Origin: an uncultured Candidatus Saccharibacteria bacterium
GTDB lineage: Bacteria > Patescibacteriota > WWE3 > UBA101185 > UBA10185
Direction: 5' to 3'
DNA length: 64,000 nucleotides
Assembly (NCBI GenBank): GCA_964387275.1
Contig: CAYLVW010000002.1
Span: forward strand, 127,286-191,285
Shown: positions 9,194-18,558 of the stretch, piece after piece
Layout of the letters: every line of letters begins with the position of its first letter
Position numbering within the stretch: the first letter of the stretch is position 1
Translations under genes and position numbers: made by a program
The notes under the pieces: model-generated
What the model saw: the letters and a program-made list of their open reading frames with translations, nothing else
Databases searched by the model: none
What the model was told of the DNA's origin: nothing

Positions 9194-10231
9194 TTAGATG
9201 ATATCTGTTACAGATAACCCTGGGTTTACTACTACTTCTGAAGTTAATAAATGGATGGGCTTAAAATATGCTGCTGAAGCTATGTAAATGGCATTATCAG
9301 TACACAATCTATACTCAGGAAAATATATTGGTACATTTATAGAGGTGTTTAAACCTTTTCTTAACTCTAAATTAGCACTAACACCCCCACCTACTAAGAC
9401 ACACTTAACTTTGTACTTATCAACAGCCTTTTTAACTTTCACAGAAACAACTTCAACAATGGAAGATTGCACCTCCGCAGAAATATCTTCAATTGGTGCC
9501 TTTGGATTATTATCATAAAGCCTCCTAACAGCTGTCTTTAGACCAGAAAATGAGAAGTCAAAATTATCCTCATTAATAAGAGGTCTTGGTAATACACCAT
9601 TTATACTACTATTATTAGATTTTCTTGCTAATTCGGATAGCAAAGAACCGCCTAAGTAATCTGATATACCTAGTAACCGTGCAGATTTATCAAAACATTC
9701 ACCCGCAGCATCATCTAATGTACCGCCTAGATATTCAAATTTATAATGATCCTTGATAAGGATTAAATCTGTATGACCACCACTTATAACAAGTCCTACA
9801 GCTGGAAAACTTGGTAAGTCATTTGCAGTTTTACCTATAAAATTTGCGTACAAATGCCCGATCAAATGATTTACAGGTATTAAGGGTTTGTTCCAAGATA
9901 GTGCCAAAGCCTTTGCACTCTCAACCCCAACAATTAAAGAACCGGAAAGCCCAGGACCAACTGTTACAGCAATAGCATCAATTCTTTCAATAACTTCAGA
10001 AATGGATCCAACACGATAATAAACCTGAGCTTTCTCTAAACACTGAGCAATAACAGGCAGTATGTATTCTAGTTGCTTTCTAGCCGCAACTTCTGGCACA
10101 ACACCCCCAGTTTTCTTATGCAATTCTTGAGAAGTAGCCAAAGCTGAAGCAACCTCAATAATACCTCCCTCAACAATTGCTACACCAGTTTCATCACAAG
10201 ATGACTCAATTGCTAATATAGTCTTGTACAT
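9194..10231 (-). CDS. tsaD: tRNA N6-adenosine threonylcarbamoyltransferase (Kae1/TsaD family)
   Basis: N-terminus ILAIESSCDETGVAIV plus typical TsaD/Gcp length and conserved His/Asp metal-binding regions. Confidence 0.85.
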   Translation of the reverse strand: MYKTILAIESSCDETGVAIVEGGIIEVASALATSQELHKKTGGVVPEVAARKQLEYILPVIAQCLEKAQVYYRVGSISEVIERIDAIAVTVGPGLSGSLIVGVESAKALALSWNKPLIPVNHLIGHLYANFIGKTANDLPSFPAVGLVISGGHTDLILIKDHYKFEYLGGTLDDAAGECFDKSARLLGISDYLGGSLLSELARKSNNSSINGVLPRPLINEDNFDFSFSGLKTAVRRLYDNNPKAPIEDISAEVQSSIVEVVSVKVKKAVDKYKVKCVLVGGGVSANLELRKGLNTSINVPIYFPEYRLCTDNAIYIASAAYFKPIHLLTSEVVVNPGLSVTDII

Positions 10232-10272
10232 ATTCGGAATATTATACTAAAAATCTAGTTATACAAATAACC

Positions 10273-11589
10273 CTACAAAGCTGTCTTAAGAGATTCTTTT
10301 AGTTTGGAGACAACAGTTTGGGAGGGAGTTCCACCTAAAACGTCATTTATAGCATCTCTTATAGGAATAACTTGCTTATCATTACCAGATCTACCAGATG
10401 TTTCCCCACCTTCAGCATATTTCGCATATTCTAAAACTGCTTTCAAATAAGGACTGTTATCTAGTTGGCCGGACATACTAACCAAGCTGTAAGGAGTACC
10501 ATACTGTCGGTATTTTGCACTTTCATTAAACATCATAAGTTGCTGATCTTGGGAGGATAAGAAATTAATAAAATGCCAAGCAACATCTGCATTTGGACTA
10601 GCCTTAGGAACAACATAAACCCAATAGGATCCCCAGGTTACTGGATTATCTGTACGTATCTGAGGAACAGAAGAAACACCGATTTCAAAGGAAAGCTCAT
10701 TAACACTCTTTAAAACATCTAATAATTTCCAGGAAGGTACAAATATCATGGAGACTTTACCCTGAACAAAAGCAGTAGTAGCTTCGGGAAACTCTGTAGA
10801 CCACACCTTATCTTTAGTTACAAAATTTGTATAAAAAACCAATGTATCTGAGGCAGCAGAAGAGTCTAAGTCCTCGGGAATGTTTAACCCAGCTTGTTTA
10901 AATAACATGCTCATGATGTCAGCGTACATCTCATTGTTGTTGGAGGTACCCATAGCAGCACCAGCCCTCACTATAGACTCATTTTCCCCTCTAACTGTAA
11001 GTTCTTGAGATAACCTTCTAAACTGCTCCCATGACGTTGGGGCTTCAGATTGACCTATCTCTTTAAAATGATTTTTATTGTACACAAGAACCAGACCATC
11101 ATAATATGTGGGCAAACCATAAATCCTACCATCTGACACCTGGTATTTTGAAACCATGGGATAATATTCAGAATTTAGAGTTTCTAAACTCATAAGACTT
11201 TCAGGCATAGGTGCTAAGTTGTCTTTTAATTTTGGCGTCCAGCTTTGATGTACTCTCATAACATCTGCTGTTTGAGACTCTCCTATTCTGGTAAATACAG
11301 TTTGCTTATAATCATTCATATTTAATACAGATCTATCATCGTAAGTTATTTTTATGTTGGGATAAGTTTCGTTGTATTTTGAAACCATCGCCTTCATGGC
11401 TTCGGGATTTTCCCAAAGACCCCATACGTTCAAAGTTACCTGTTTAGTTAGATCCACATCGGATTTTGGGGCTGGAAATAGTATTGTCCCTATCAAAGGA
11501 AGTTTGCCTAGTACCTCCTGAGGAGTACATGCAGTAAGTATCAAAGCAAGTATTGGAAGTAGGGCAAGTGTTAGTAACTTATACTTCAT
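10273..11589 (-). CDS. ABC transporter extracellular solute-binding lipoprotein (family 1, sugar/oligosaccharide type)
   Basis: 438 aa. Signal peptide with lipobox LTAC. SBP-like fold signatures. In operon with an upstream polytopic membrane protein. Confidence 0.65.
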   Translation of the reverse strand: MKYKLLTLALLPILALILTACTPQEVLGKLPLIGTILFPAPKSDVDLTKQVTLNVWGLWENPEAMKAMVSKYNETYPNIKITYDDRSVLNMNDYKQTVFTRIGESQTADVMRVHQSWTPKLKDNLAPMPESLMSLETLNSEYYPMVSKYQVSDGRIYGLPTYYDGLVLVYNKNHFKEIGQSEAPTSWEQFRRLSQELTVRGENESIVRAGAAMGTSNNNEMYADIMSMLFKQAGLNIPEDLDSSAASDTLVFYTNFVTKDKVWSTEFPEATTAFVQGKVSMIFVPSWKLLDVLKSVNELSFEIGVSSVPQIRTDNPVTWGSYWVYVVPKASPNADVAWHFINFLSSQDQQLMMFNESAKYRQYGTPYSLVSMSGQLDNSPYLKAVLEYAKYAEGGETSGRSGNDKQVIPIRDAINDVLGGTPSQTVVSKLKESLKTAL

Positions 11590-12838
11590 TAGTGAAATTA
11601 TAGGGTAATAAAATCACAACAGTCAATAAAAATAGGAGTAAGGCTTGATGAGAAGTAAGAAAAAAATGATCGAAAGCCATTAGCATCAACAACACAACAG
11701 AAACACTGGTACTTAAATTTCTAAACATAAAATGTATAAAGAAAAAAATAAGTATAGTCGCTACTATAAATCCAGTATCAGCAAAGACTAATGCTAATAT
11801 TGAATGAACAGGCTGGATAAACCTTGAATCACCTATAGCATCACTATAGTTGTTTATATACCTAATATGTTGAAATAACCCTGCACCAAAAATTGGATGC
11901 TCTGTAGCCACATTAAAAGATTCCCCAAGCATGTAAGATCTTCTTCGTATACTGATATCAAAAATCCTTGAACCAAAACTCATCTCACCAATTAAAGGTA
12001 ATAGCTGTAATAATAAAGTTAACAACAAGGAGAAAACTACCATTGGTGCTTTTAGCTCTCTTTTAAATTTAAGGATGTAAAACACACAAAACCCAAAAAC
12101 TAAAACAAACCATGAATAGTAACTTAGCGTAAAAATAAGGCAAATAATGTTCGTAATAATTACCAAGTAAAACTTTCTACTAACTAGAGATTTACTAATA
12201 AAATTAATAAGTAATGTAGTAACAACAACTAAAAAAGCAGCAAAAATATTTGGGTGCCTGAATAGACCATAAGCCGGAACTCTAGTAAAACCAAAGAAAG
12301 AATCTCTAACTACACCTACTGTAGAAAATGTGTAAGGTTGTTCACCTAAAACTAAGTAATTGTTAAAAATGGATCCTTGATTTAACCATTGTAAAATACC
12401 AATTGAACCCACTATTAAGGAAGATACGGATAAAAATTTAACTACGTCTGTAATTTCAGAAATTTTTTCTATATTTGTATACACATATAGTGATAGACAT
12501 GTATATAAAAATAACCTACCTATATTAATATATGTTGATAAGTAATTTCCGTTTATGTAACTAGAAATAAGTAGAAATGTGAAAACAACTGTTAGAGAAA
12601 ATATTAAGTAAAAAGGTGTTTTCCTCGAGTATGATAATCCTTTTACCAACCATAGGATCAATAAAGTAATAATAAGTAAATCTTGAATATATATAGTAGG
12701 GATGTAGTAATCAACAAGTAACCCGTTTACATAGTTATCAGAAAACTCAAAATGTTTCCCAAGATTTAATGGAATTAAAAATACTATTAAATATAGAAGC
12801 TTCTTTAAATTAATCTTTTGTATAATACGTTGAATCAC
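11579..12838 (-). CDS. Polytopic membrane protein (about 10 TM helices), possibly O-antigen ligase/Wzy-like
   Basis: 419-aa highly hydrophobic ORF; overlaps gatD (4 nt) upstream and the SBP gene (11 nt) downstream. Confidence 0.45.
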   Translation of the reverse strand: MIQRIIQKINLKKLLYLIVFLIPLNLGKHFEFSDNYVNGLLVDYYIPTIYIQDLLIITLLILWLVKGLSYSRKTPFYLIFSLTVVFTFLLISSYINGNYLSTYINIGRLFLYTCLSLYVYTNIEKISEITDVVKFLSVSSLIVGSIGILQWLNQGSIFNNYLVLGEQPYTFSTVGVVRDSFFGFTRVPAYGLFRHPNIFAAFLVVVTTLLINFISKSLVSRKFYLVIITNIICLIFTLSYYSWFVLVFGFCVFYILKFKRELKAPMVVFSLLLTLLLQLLPLIGEMSFGSRIFDISIRRRSYMLGESFNVATEHPIFGAGLFQHIRYINNYSDAIGDSRFIQPVHSILALVFADTGFIVATILIFFFIHFMFRNLSTSVSVVLLMLMAFDHFFLTSHQALLLFLLTVVILLPYNFTNEV

Positions 12839-13599
12839 TTTAGTGCTTTTAGGGCAGTATGGGCGGTATTTATTAAGTCATCATCTATATTAATAAGGTG
12901 GTCTATTTTTAAAGATTTGGCAATTAGATAGTCGGCTATGTGAGGATTTTTAGAAAGCAAAGGACCGTGTAAGTAGGTACCAATTATATTTTTATATAAA
13001 ATACCTTCTGTATTATCCTCACCATTATTTCCACTCCCAGACAGCACTTTCCCAAATGGAGATACAGTAGAGCCTAAGTATGTCCTACCACCATGATTCT
13101 CAAAACCAACTAAATCTGAACCTATTTTATTGTTTGCATTAAAAATGGGGTCGTGTCTAAGTTCTGGATTTATTTCACATACTATGTTTCCTATACAACG
13201 AGGTTTTTCTAAACCAAAATTCTCAGTATAAAAATCTACAAAACCAAGCCCATCTAAAATAGACCCATCAGCAGCTTTATAGTACTGACCTAAAAGTTGA
13301 TAGGAACCACATATAAACAAACCCACACCACCTGATTCAATGTAATCTTCTAAATAAGATCTTTTATTTTGAAGGAGATCTTCATACATACTCTTCTGAC
13401 TAGAATCGGGGCCCCCACCCATAAACACAAAATTTAAATCACCTGTTTCATTCGGGGTTACTAAATCCCTAACTCCAATCTCAATAACCTCAACATTGAT
13501 ACCTCGAGCTAGGCACCTTTGAACCAAAACCTCAACATTACCATTATCCCCATACAGGTTTAAATCTTCAGAGTAAAAGTAACCTATCTTAAATTTCAT
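12835..13599 (-). CDS. gatD: Lipid II isoglutaminyl synthase, glutaminase subunit (CobQ/CobB-type class I glutamine amidotransferase)
   Basis: GATase with catalytic Cys in LFICGSYQLLG and His in YLHGPLL; immediately downstream of and overlapping murT. Confidence 0.75.
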   Translation of the reverse strand: MKFKIGYFYSEDLNLYGDNGNVEVLVQRCLARGINVEVIEIGVRDLVTPNETGDLNFVFMGGGPDSSQKSMYEDLLQNKRSYLEDYIESGGVGLFICGSYQLLGQYYKAADGSILDGLGFVDFYTENFGLEKPRCIGNIVCEINPELRHDPIFNANNKIGSDLVGFENHGGRTYLGSTVSPFGKVLSGSGNNGEDNTEGILYKNIIGTYLHGPLLSKNPHIADYLIAKSLKIDHLINIDDDLINTAHTALKALK

Positions 13600-14873
13600 A
13601 GAATACTCCTTCCCACTAATATCTTACGTATCTCAAGCATAGATGAGTAATTCGGAAATATTACTACCGATTTATAACCTGATTTAATTATCTTATTAAG
13701 AATTTTCTCATGATTAATATTGATATTTAGCTTGTCTATAAAAGCTCCTGCATATTGAAGTCTAATTGCCATATCCAAGTATCTTGTACCAGAAATATAA
13801 ATAGATCTTTTACCAATAAACTTAAGTAGCATCTTTGGATCGATGTCATATATCCAAGAGACATCCCTTCCATCTGGTAATTTGTCATTCAAAATAAAGT
13901 ATATAGCATCGAAATTAGGAGCCGAGGTGATTAGATGGGATAAGTTGTTATTATAACTTGATGGATTCTTCGCCAGATAGATCTGAAACCCAACTTGCTT
14001 ATATGTAACCTCTTCGCCTCTCCCATAAGCATGCTCCATAGAATTTAGACTCACCCTGACTTCCCCCAAACTAATATTAAAATTAGAAAGAACAGAATAT
14101 GCAGCAGCAGCGTTAATACTATTATGAAGAGAATGAATTTTAGATTCAGATGTCATATTCGAGTTGGATTCAAAATAAAGTATAGGATACTTTTTACTGA
14201 TAGAAGTTCTCAAACTCATAAATTCTCTTTGATCTTTATAGCAATGTATAGTTGTATAGTAAGACGTTGGTTTAGTTGTATTAAACATATCAACCCATTT
14301 TCTTAGAATGGTGTCTGTTTCCCCATATCTATCTAACTGATCTCTGGACAGGTTAAGAAGTACGATATGATTTGCCCCAAGTTTGGAGTAGGTAATAGGT
14401 AAATTAAACTCATCCACCTCTAAAACGGCGATATCTCCTTTAAGATTTCCAAAAAAGTCTGTGTTATTTAATAAAGTAGTAACTATACCTCTTTCTAAAT
14501 TGGAACCAGAGGAATTAGAAATAACTTTATAACCCTTATCCCTCAGTATGCTTGTAATAATTTTTGTTGTAGTAGTTTTACCATTAGTTCCGGTAATCAA
14601 AATTATAGACTTAAATTTTCCCGAAAACTTAGTTAGTATTGAAGGAAAGAGTTTTAAGGTAATGTACCCAGGTAAAGTACCCCCAGACCCTATATTCAAA
14701 ACATATAGAACCTTAGATATTATTTTTGCGATTATTGAAGTTATCCATATCATGATTGTCCACATTATAATCAATAAAACTGTATATATAAATTCAGTAG
14801 TAGTAATTATAGAGATTCTGGATATGTTGGTAAGTAATGTTATTGTTGTAACTGCTTGTAAAAACACTAACAC
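13596..14873 (-). CDS. murT: Lipid II isoglutaminyl synthase, Mur-ligase-like subunit MurT (Mur ligase central domain plus DUF1727 C-terminus); annotated N-terminus probably over-extended
   Basis: ATP-binding motif LITGTNGKTTTTKII; C-terminal DUF1727-like region. The first ~60 codons are a hydrophobic, low-complexity stretch, so the true start is likely an internal Met near 14.7 kb. Confidence 0.75.
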   Translation of the reverse strand: MLVFLQAVTTITLLTNISRISIITTTEFIYTVLLIIMWTIMIWITSIIAKIISKVLYVLNIGSGGTLPGYITLKLFPSILTKFSGKFKSIILITGTNGKTTTTKIITSILRDKGYKVISNSSGSNLERGIVTTLLNNTDFFGNLKGDIAVLEVDEFNLPITYSKLGANHIVLLNLSRDQLDRYGETDTILRKWVDMFNTTKPTSYYTTIHCYKDQREFMSLRTSISKKYPILYFESNSNMTSESKIHSLHNSINAAAAYSVLSNFNISLGEVRVSLNSMEHAYGRGEEVTYKQVGFQIYLAKNPSSYNNNLSHLITSAPNFDAIYFILNDKLPDGRDVSWIYDIDPKMLLKFIGKRSIYISGTRYLDMAIRLQYAGAFIDKLNININHEKILNKIIKSGYKSVVIFPNYSSMLEIRKILVGRSIL

Positions 14874-14960
14874 CTTATGTTAATAACCGATCTTTTCTCT
14901 TTATAACCTCTGAAAACGCACTTATTTTTTTCTATTTGTTGTTTTATCAGCCTGCTTAGT

Positions 14961-14990
14961 TGTGGATTCACACTCTTTCTTGGTGGATAA
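14961..14990. promoter_or_regulatory. Two DnaA-box-like sites (TGTGGATtc, gGTGGATAA) between dnaA and murT
   Basis: 7/9 and 8/9 matches to the reverse complement of TTATCCACA. Confidence 0.35.
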
Positions 14991-15016
14991 CTTTGTTGGT
15001 AATTTGTTAGTAACTT

Positions 15017-16489
15017 TTAGTCCTCATAAATTAGTTTTTTTAGATTTTGTATATCTTTTGCAGTATTTATATCCTTTACGGACTGTGTTTCCACTTTTGC
15101 TATTCCATGCATTATAGTTGTGTGGTCTCTTCCCCCTAGAAATTCTCCTATACTCATCAATGGTGTTTGAGTTAAATCTTTTATAAGATACATTAGCATT
15201 TGTCTTGGGATTACCAATTCCTTATTTCTTTTAGGTCCCTTTAAGTCTGATGATTTAACTGAGTAATATATACAAACTTGTTTTAATATCTGATTAAGGT
15301 TTATGGGTTTGAACTTAGTTTCTTTAATTATTGACTGGCCTAAAGCTTGAGCTGCTACCTCTAGGGTTATATCAAGACCTAGTGTTTTAGAGAATGTAAG
15401 TACTTGCAAGTAGGCTCCTTCTAACTCTCGGATGTTTGAGCTAACTTTTTCAGCTATAAAATCCAACACACTATTAGGAATTTGTTCCCCAGAATTGTCT
15501 CTTTTTACACGTAGTATTGCAGTTCTTGTTTCTACATCTGGAAATTGTATATCTGCAATCACACCACTACCAAATCTTGAAGTTATACGTTCTGCTATAT
15601 TTTTTAAATCTCTCGGAGGTCTATCTGATGTAACTATTACTTGTTTCTGACTCTCTCTTAGGGCGTTAAATGTATGAAAGAATTCTTCTTGTGTAGCTTC
15701 TTTACCCGCAATGAATTGTATATCATCCACAATCAGTACATCTATTTTTCTATATTTTTCTCTAAATTCATAGGGAGTTTTCTTCCCCTTCCCTAATTTA
15801 GCATTTTGAATCTGTTCTATTAATTCATTTGTAAAAGTTTCTCCTGTACAGTACACAACTTTTATTTGAGGATTATCATCTATAATCTTATTTCCTATTG
15901 CTTGTGCAAGATGTGTTTTACCAAGACCTACATTTGAGTAAAAAAACACTGGGTTATATTGAGTACCAGGATTATTTGCTACTGCTACAGCTATAGCATA
16001 CGCAAGTTGATTGTTTTTACCCATTACATAACTGTCAAAAGTGTATCTTGGCGCTAGACCCGCTTTTACTTTTACATCATTTGTATTTACATATTTGGGT
16101 TGTTGCAGTTGTCCGAATAGGGAAGTTGGTTCTTCAAAGATATCCTTTCTTTCATCTAACCCCTCTTTTTTTATTTGATAGATGATGCTTATTGGTTTTT
16201 TTAGAATTTTCTCAGCGGTTTGTTTTATAAATGCATTTAATTTAGTTTCTAGTCTAGACCTAATAAACTCAGATGTGCATGTTACCACTAGAGTGTTAGT
16301 ATCTGCATATTCAGCCTTTGTATTAGCGACCCAAGTTTGGTAGTTACTTGGGGATAATATTATTTCAAGCTCTGATTTAATTGCTTTCCAGAGGTCTTTA
16401 GCCTCCAGTTGGTCATTGGTATTTTCCGGCATTTTGATATTACTTGGGGCAGTGAATACAAGTACAATAACTTTACACAAGTTATCCAC
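15017..16489 (-). CDS. dnaA: Chromosomal replication initiator protein DnaA
   Basis: AAA+ Walker A GLGKTHLAQAIGN; domain IV DnaA-box-binding helix (MSIGEFLGGRDHTTIMHGI). The annotated ORF starts with GTG overlapping a DnaA box; the more likely start is the internal Met MPENT... near 16432. Confidence 0.9.
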   Translation of the reverse strand: MDNLCKVIVLVFTAPSNIKMPENTNDQLEAKDLWKAIKSELEIILSPSNYQTWVANTKAEYADTNTLVVTCTSEFIRSRLETKLNAFIKQTAEKILKKPISIIYQIKKEGLDERKDIFEEPTSLFGQLQQPKYVNTNDVKVKAGLAPRYTFDSYVMGKNNQLAYAIAVAVANNPGTQYNPVFFYSNVGLGKTHLAQAIGNKIIDDNPQIKVVYCTGETFTNELIEQIQNAKLGKGKKTPYEFREKYRKIDVLIVDDIQFIAGKEATQEEFFHTFNALRESQKQVIVTSDRPPRDLKNIAERITSRFGSGVIADIQFPDVETRTAILRVKRDNSGEQIPNSVLDFIAEKVSSNIRELEGAYLQVLTFSKTLGLDITLEVAAQALGQSIIKETKFKPINLNQILKQVCIYYSVKSSDLKGPKRNKELVIPRQMLMYLIKDLTQTPLMSIGEFLGGRDHTTIMHGIAKVETQSVKDINTAKDIQNLKKLIYED

Positions 16490-16543
16490 AATTAATCAAG
16501 CAATACAAATTGCACAGTTATTAAAGCAGAAAAGTTATCCACA
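16482..16543. promoter_or_regulatory. Two perfect consensus DnaA boxes (TTATCCACA at 16482-16490 and 16535-16543) upstream of dnaA; candidate oriC/dnaA autoregulatory region
   Basis: Exact 9-mers read in the sequence; a weaker TTATCTGGA follows, with an AT-rich tract up to ~16640. Confidence 0.55.
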
Positions 16544-16601
16544 AATGCTATTATTTATTGTTGCAGCAACGTTTAAATAGAGTCTGTTATCTGGATCAAA
16601 A

Positions 16602-17099
16602 TTGTTATATATTATTTTTATGTTATTAACTCCTCATGTTTTTGTTGGAGTTGCTATTGCAACTACAGTACCGAACATAACTATTTCTGTACCACTTTCT
16701 TTTATGATGCACTTTATTGGTGATTTGGTGCCTCATTGGGATTTTTATTCAAATACAACTAAAGAGCAAAGAATTACAGGTTGGAGACCTGTAGCAGTTA
16801 TGGCTGATTTAATAATTGGTGTTGGCGTTGGGCTGACCTCTACATACTACTCTTTATGGTATCTAAATGACCCCACATTGGCTCTAAGTGTTTTTTTATG
16901 TGGAATTGCTTCTGTACTTCCAGATGCCCTTGAAACACCACACATTTTTTTAAAGAATGAGCCCAGAGTTTTGAAGATACTAAGTTCTTTACAAAGCACA
17001 TTACAATTTCAAGCGCCTTTGCCTTGGGGGATTTATTCACAGCTAGCTGTTATTGTATTCGCAAGTTATATTATAACTACTTTTTTGAGAAGCTATTGA
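16602..17099 (+). CDS. Hypothetical membrane protein (about 4 TM helices)
   Basis: 165-aa hydrophobic ORF. Converges on and overlaps the end of the MraY-like gene by 23 nt. Start may lie inside the oriC-proximal AT-rich region. Confidence 0.35.
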   Translation: MLYIIFMLLTPHVFVGVAIATTVPNITISVPLSFMMHFIGDLVPHWDFYSNTTKEQRITGWRPVAVMADLIIGVGVGLTSTYYSLWYLNDPTLALSVFLCGIASVLPDALETPHIFLKNEPRVLKILSSLQSTLQFQAPLPWGIYSQLAVIVFASYIITTFLRSY

Positions 17100-18558
17100 C
17101 GTTAAGTATTAGTAGTATTGAAGCAATAAGACCTGCAATCATTAATGTTGCTTGTACAATTATCTTTTCACTAACAACAAGACCTATTAATCCGAAGAAT
17201 AAGGTGGTTGTCCAGTAAAAAACTGCTATTTTTTGGATACCCCATCCCCTTTGCATTAATAAGTGGTGTAAGTGCCCTCTATCTCCTTTTAGTGGATTTT
17301 TTTTCTGAACAAGCCTTCTGACAATTGCAATAACTGCATCTAAGAAAGGTATGATTATAACTAAGACTGTGACATATATTTTTGATCCAATTAACAAAGA
17401 CAATACAGCTATGACAAGCCCAATAGACATCGCTCCAAATCCCCACATCACTTTAGATGGATGCCAGTTAAATGGTTGTAATCCTAAACTGGTGCCTGCA
17501 GCTATCAGTGCTATTTTTGCAACATTGATTTGTTCTATTTCGAGTGGTAAAAATCTTAATGCTAAAACCCCTATCACAATACTTGTAATGCTTACAATCC
17601 CTGAATACTGCCCGTCTATACCGTTTGACCAGGACAGTAGATTCAACACCCACACTATCCATACAGTGGTGATTACTACAGAAAGTGGGTATATTACAAA
17701 ATCCAGTATATTAACACTAAAATAATCAAACCTTATTACACCACCAAGTGGGTTTGTAATAAAGTCTATTCTTATTCCACTAAGAGCTATCATTAATGCT
17801 ACAAAGGTTAATACGGTTAGTCTTAGGGCAGGTTTTTCGACAAAAGCCAGTTTTGATCTTGGGTGAGCATTTTGATAGTCATCAACTAAACCAAAAACTG
17901 CTAATAATCCACTAGCTAAATACAGCACAAAAATCTCTTTTGTTATATTTACAAAAACTAGAGATATTAATAAAAAGCATATATAAAAAATAATTCCACC
18001 ACCTCTTGCTGAAGGTCTTGTTAAAGCCATTCCTGGGTGTATATGATCTGAGGGGTCTGTCACTATCTTTTTATTAACAAAATATTTTATAAAGTACGGA
18101 GCAACCAAATATACAGTAAAAAATCCTATGGCCGCCAAAAAAAGCAAGCCCAACACAAAAGGGTCTATCAAGTATTCAAATGGTTTAGAAGATATAGATA
18201 CTATTCTAAATAATGATATAAAAGCCATTAAATTAAAGAACAGTGACATAAAAGTTAAGCTCTCTAAGCTAAATCTCAAATAATGCTTTTTAAGCATTTG
18301 TGATAGAACTACGTATGTAATTATGTTTATTGAAGTTAGCATCGGGATTAAAAAAAGAAGAGGTTTTTCTACCATTTGAAAAGTTCCCCATGGTTTGACG
18401 TACCATAGCGGGATCAGATTACTTACGTATTGGTACCTTAATAGGAGGTATACAATTTGACTTACTAGCGAGAAAATATTTAGTGTCAGGAAAAAATTTT
18501 GTCCTTGAAAAGCTTTTACAACATATTTGATTTGTTTACTATCATAAATAGAATTCAT
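17077..18558 (-). CDS. Polyprenyl-phosphate N-acetylhexosamine-1-phosphate transferase family protein (MraY/WecA, GT4) with an N-terminal extension
   Basis: GLVDDYQ (DDxxD-like), NLLSWSNGIDGQ (NxxNxxDGxDG-like) and GHLHHLL (HHH-like) motifs in a multi-TM protein of 493 aa. Confidence 0.65.
   Translation of the reverse strand: MNSIYDSKQIKYVVKAFQGQNFFLTLNIFSLVSQIVYLLLRYQYVSNLIPLWYVKPWGTFQMVEKPLLFLIPMLTSINIITYVVLSQMLKKHYLRFSLESLTFMSLFFNLMAFISLFRIVSISSKPFEYLIDPFVLGLLFLAAIGFFTVYLVAPYFIKYFVNKKIVTDPSDHIHPGMALTRPSARGGGIIFYICFLLISLVFVNITKEIFVLYLASGLLAVFGLVDDYQNAHPRSKLAFVEKPALRLTVLTFVALMIALSGIRIDFITNPLGGVIRFDYFSVNILDFVIYPLSVVITTVWIVWVLNLLSWSNGIDGQYSGIVSITSIVIGVLALRFLPLEIEQINVAKIALIAAGTSLGLQPFNWHPSKVMWGFGAMSIGLVIAVLSLLIGSKIYVTVLVIIIPFLDAVIAIVRRLVQKKNPLKGDRGHLHHLLMQRGWGIQKIAVFYWTTTLFFGLIGLVVSEKIIVQATLMIAGLIASILLILNVNSFSKK

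Noticed and set aside
14548-14883. 111-aa plus-strand ORF rich in Ile/Val
   Set aside because: Antisense to the murT 5' region; composition typical of shadow ORFs in AT-rich DNA.
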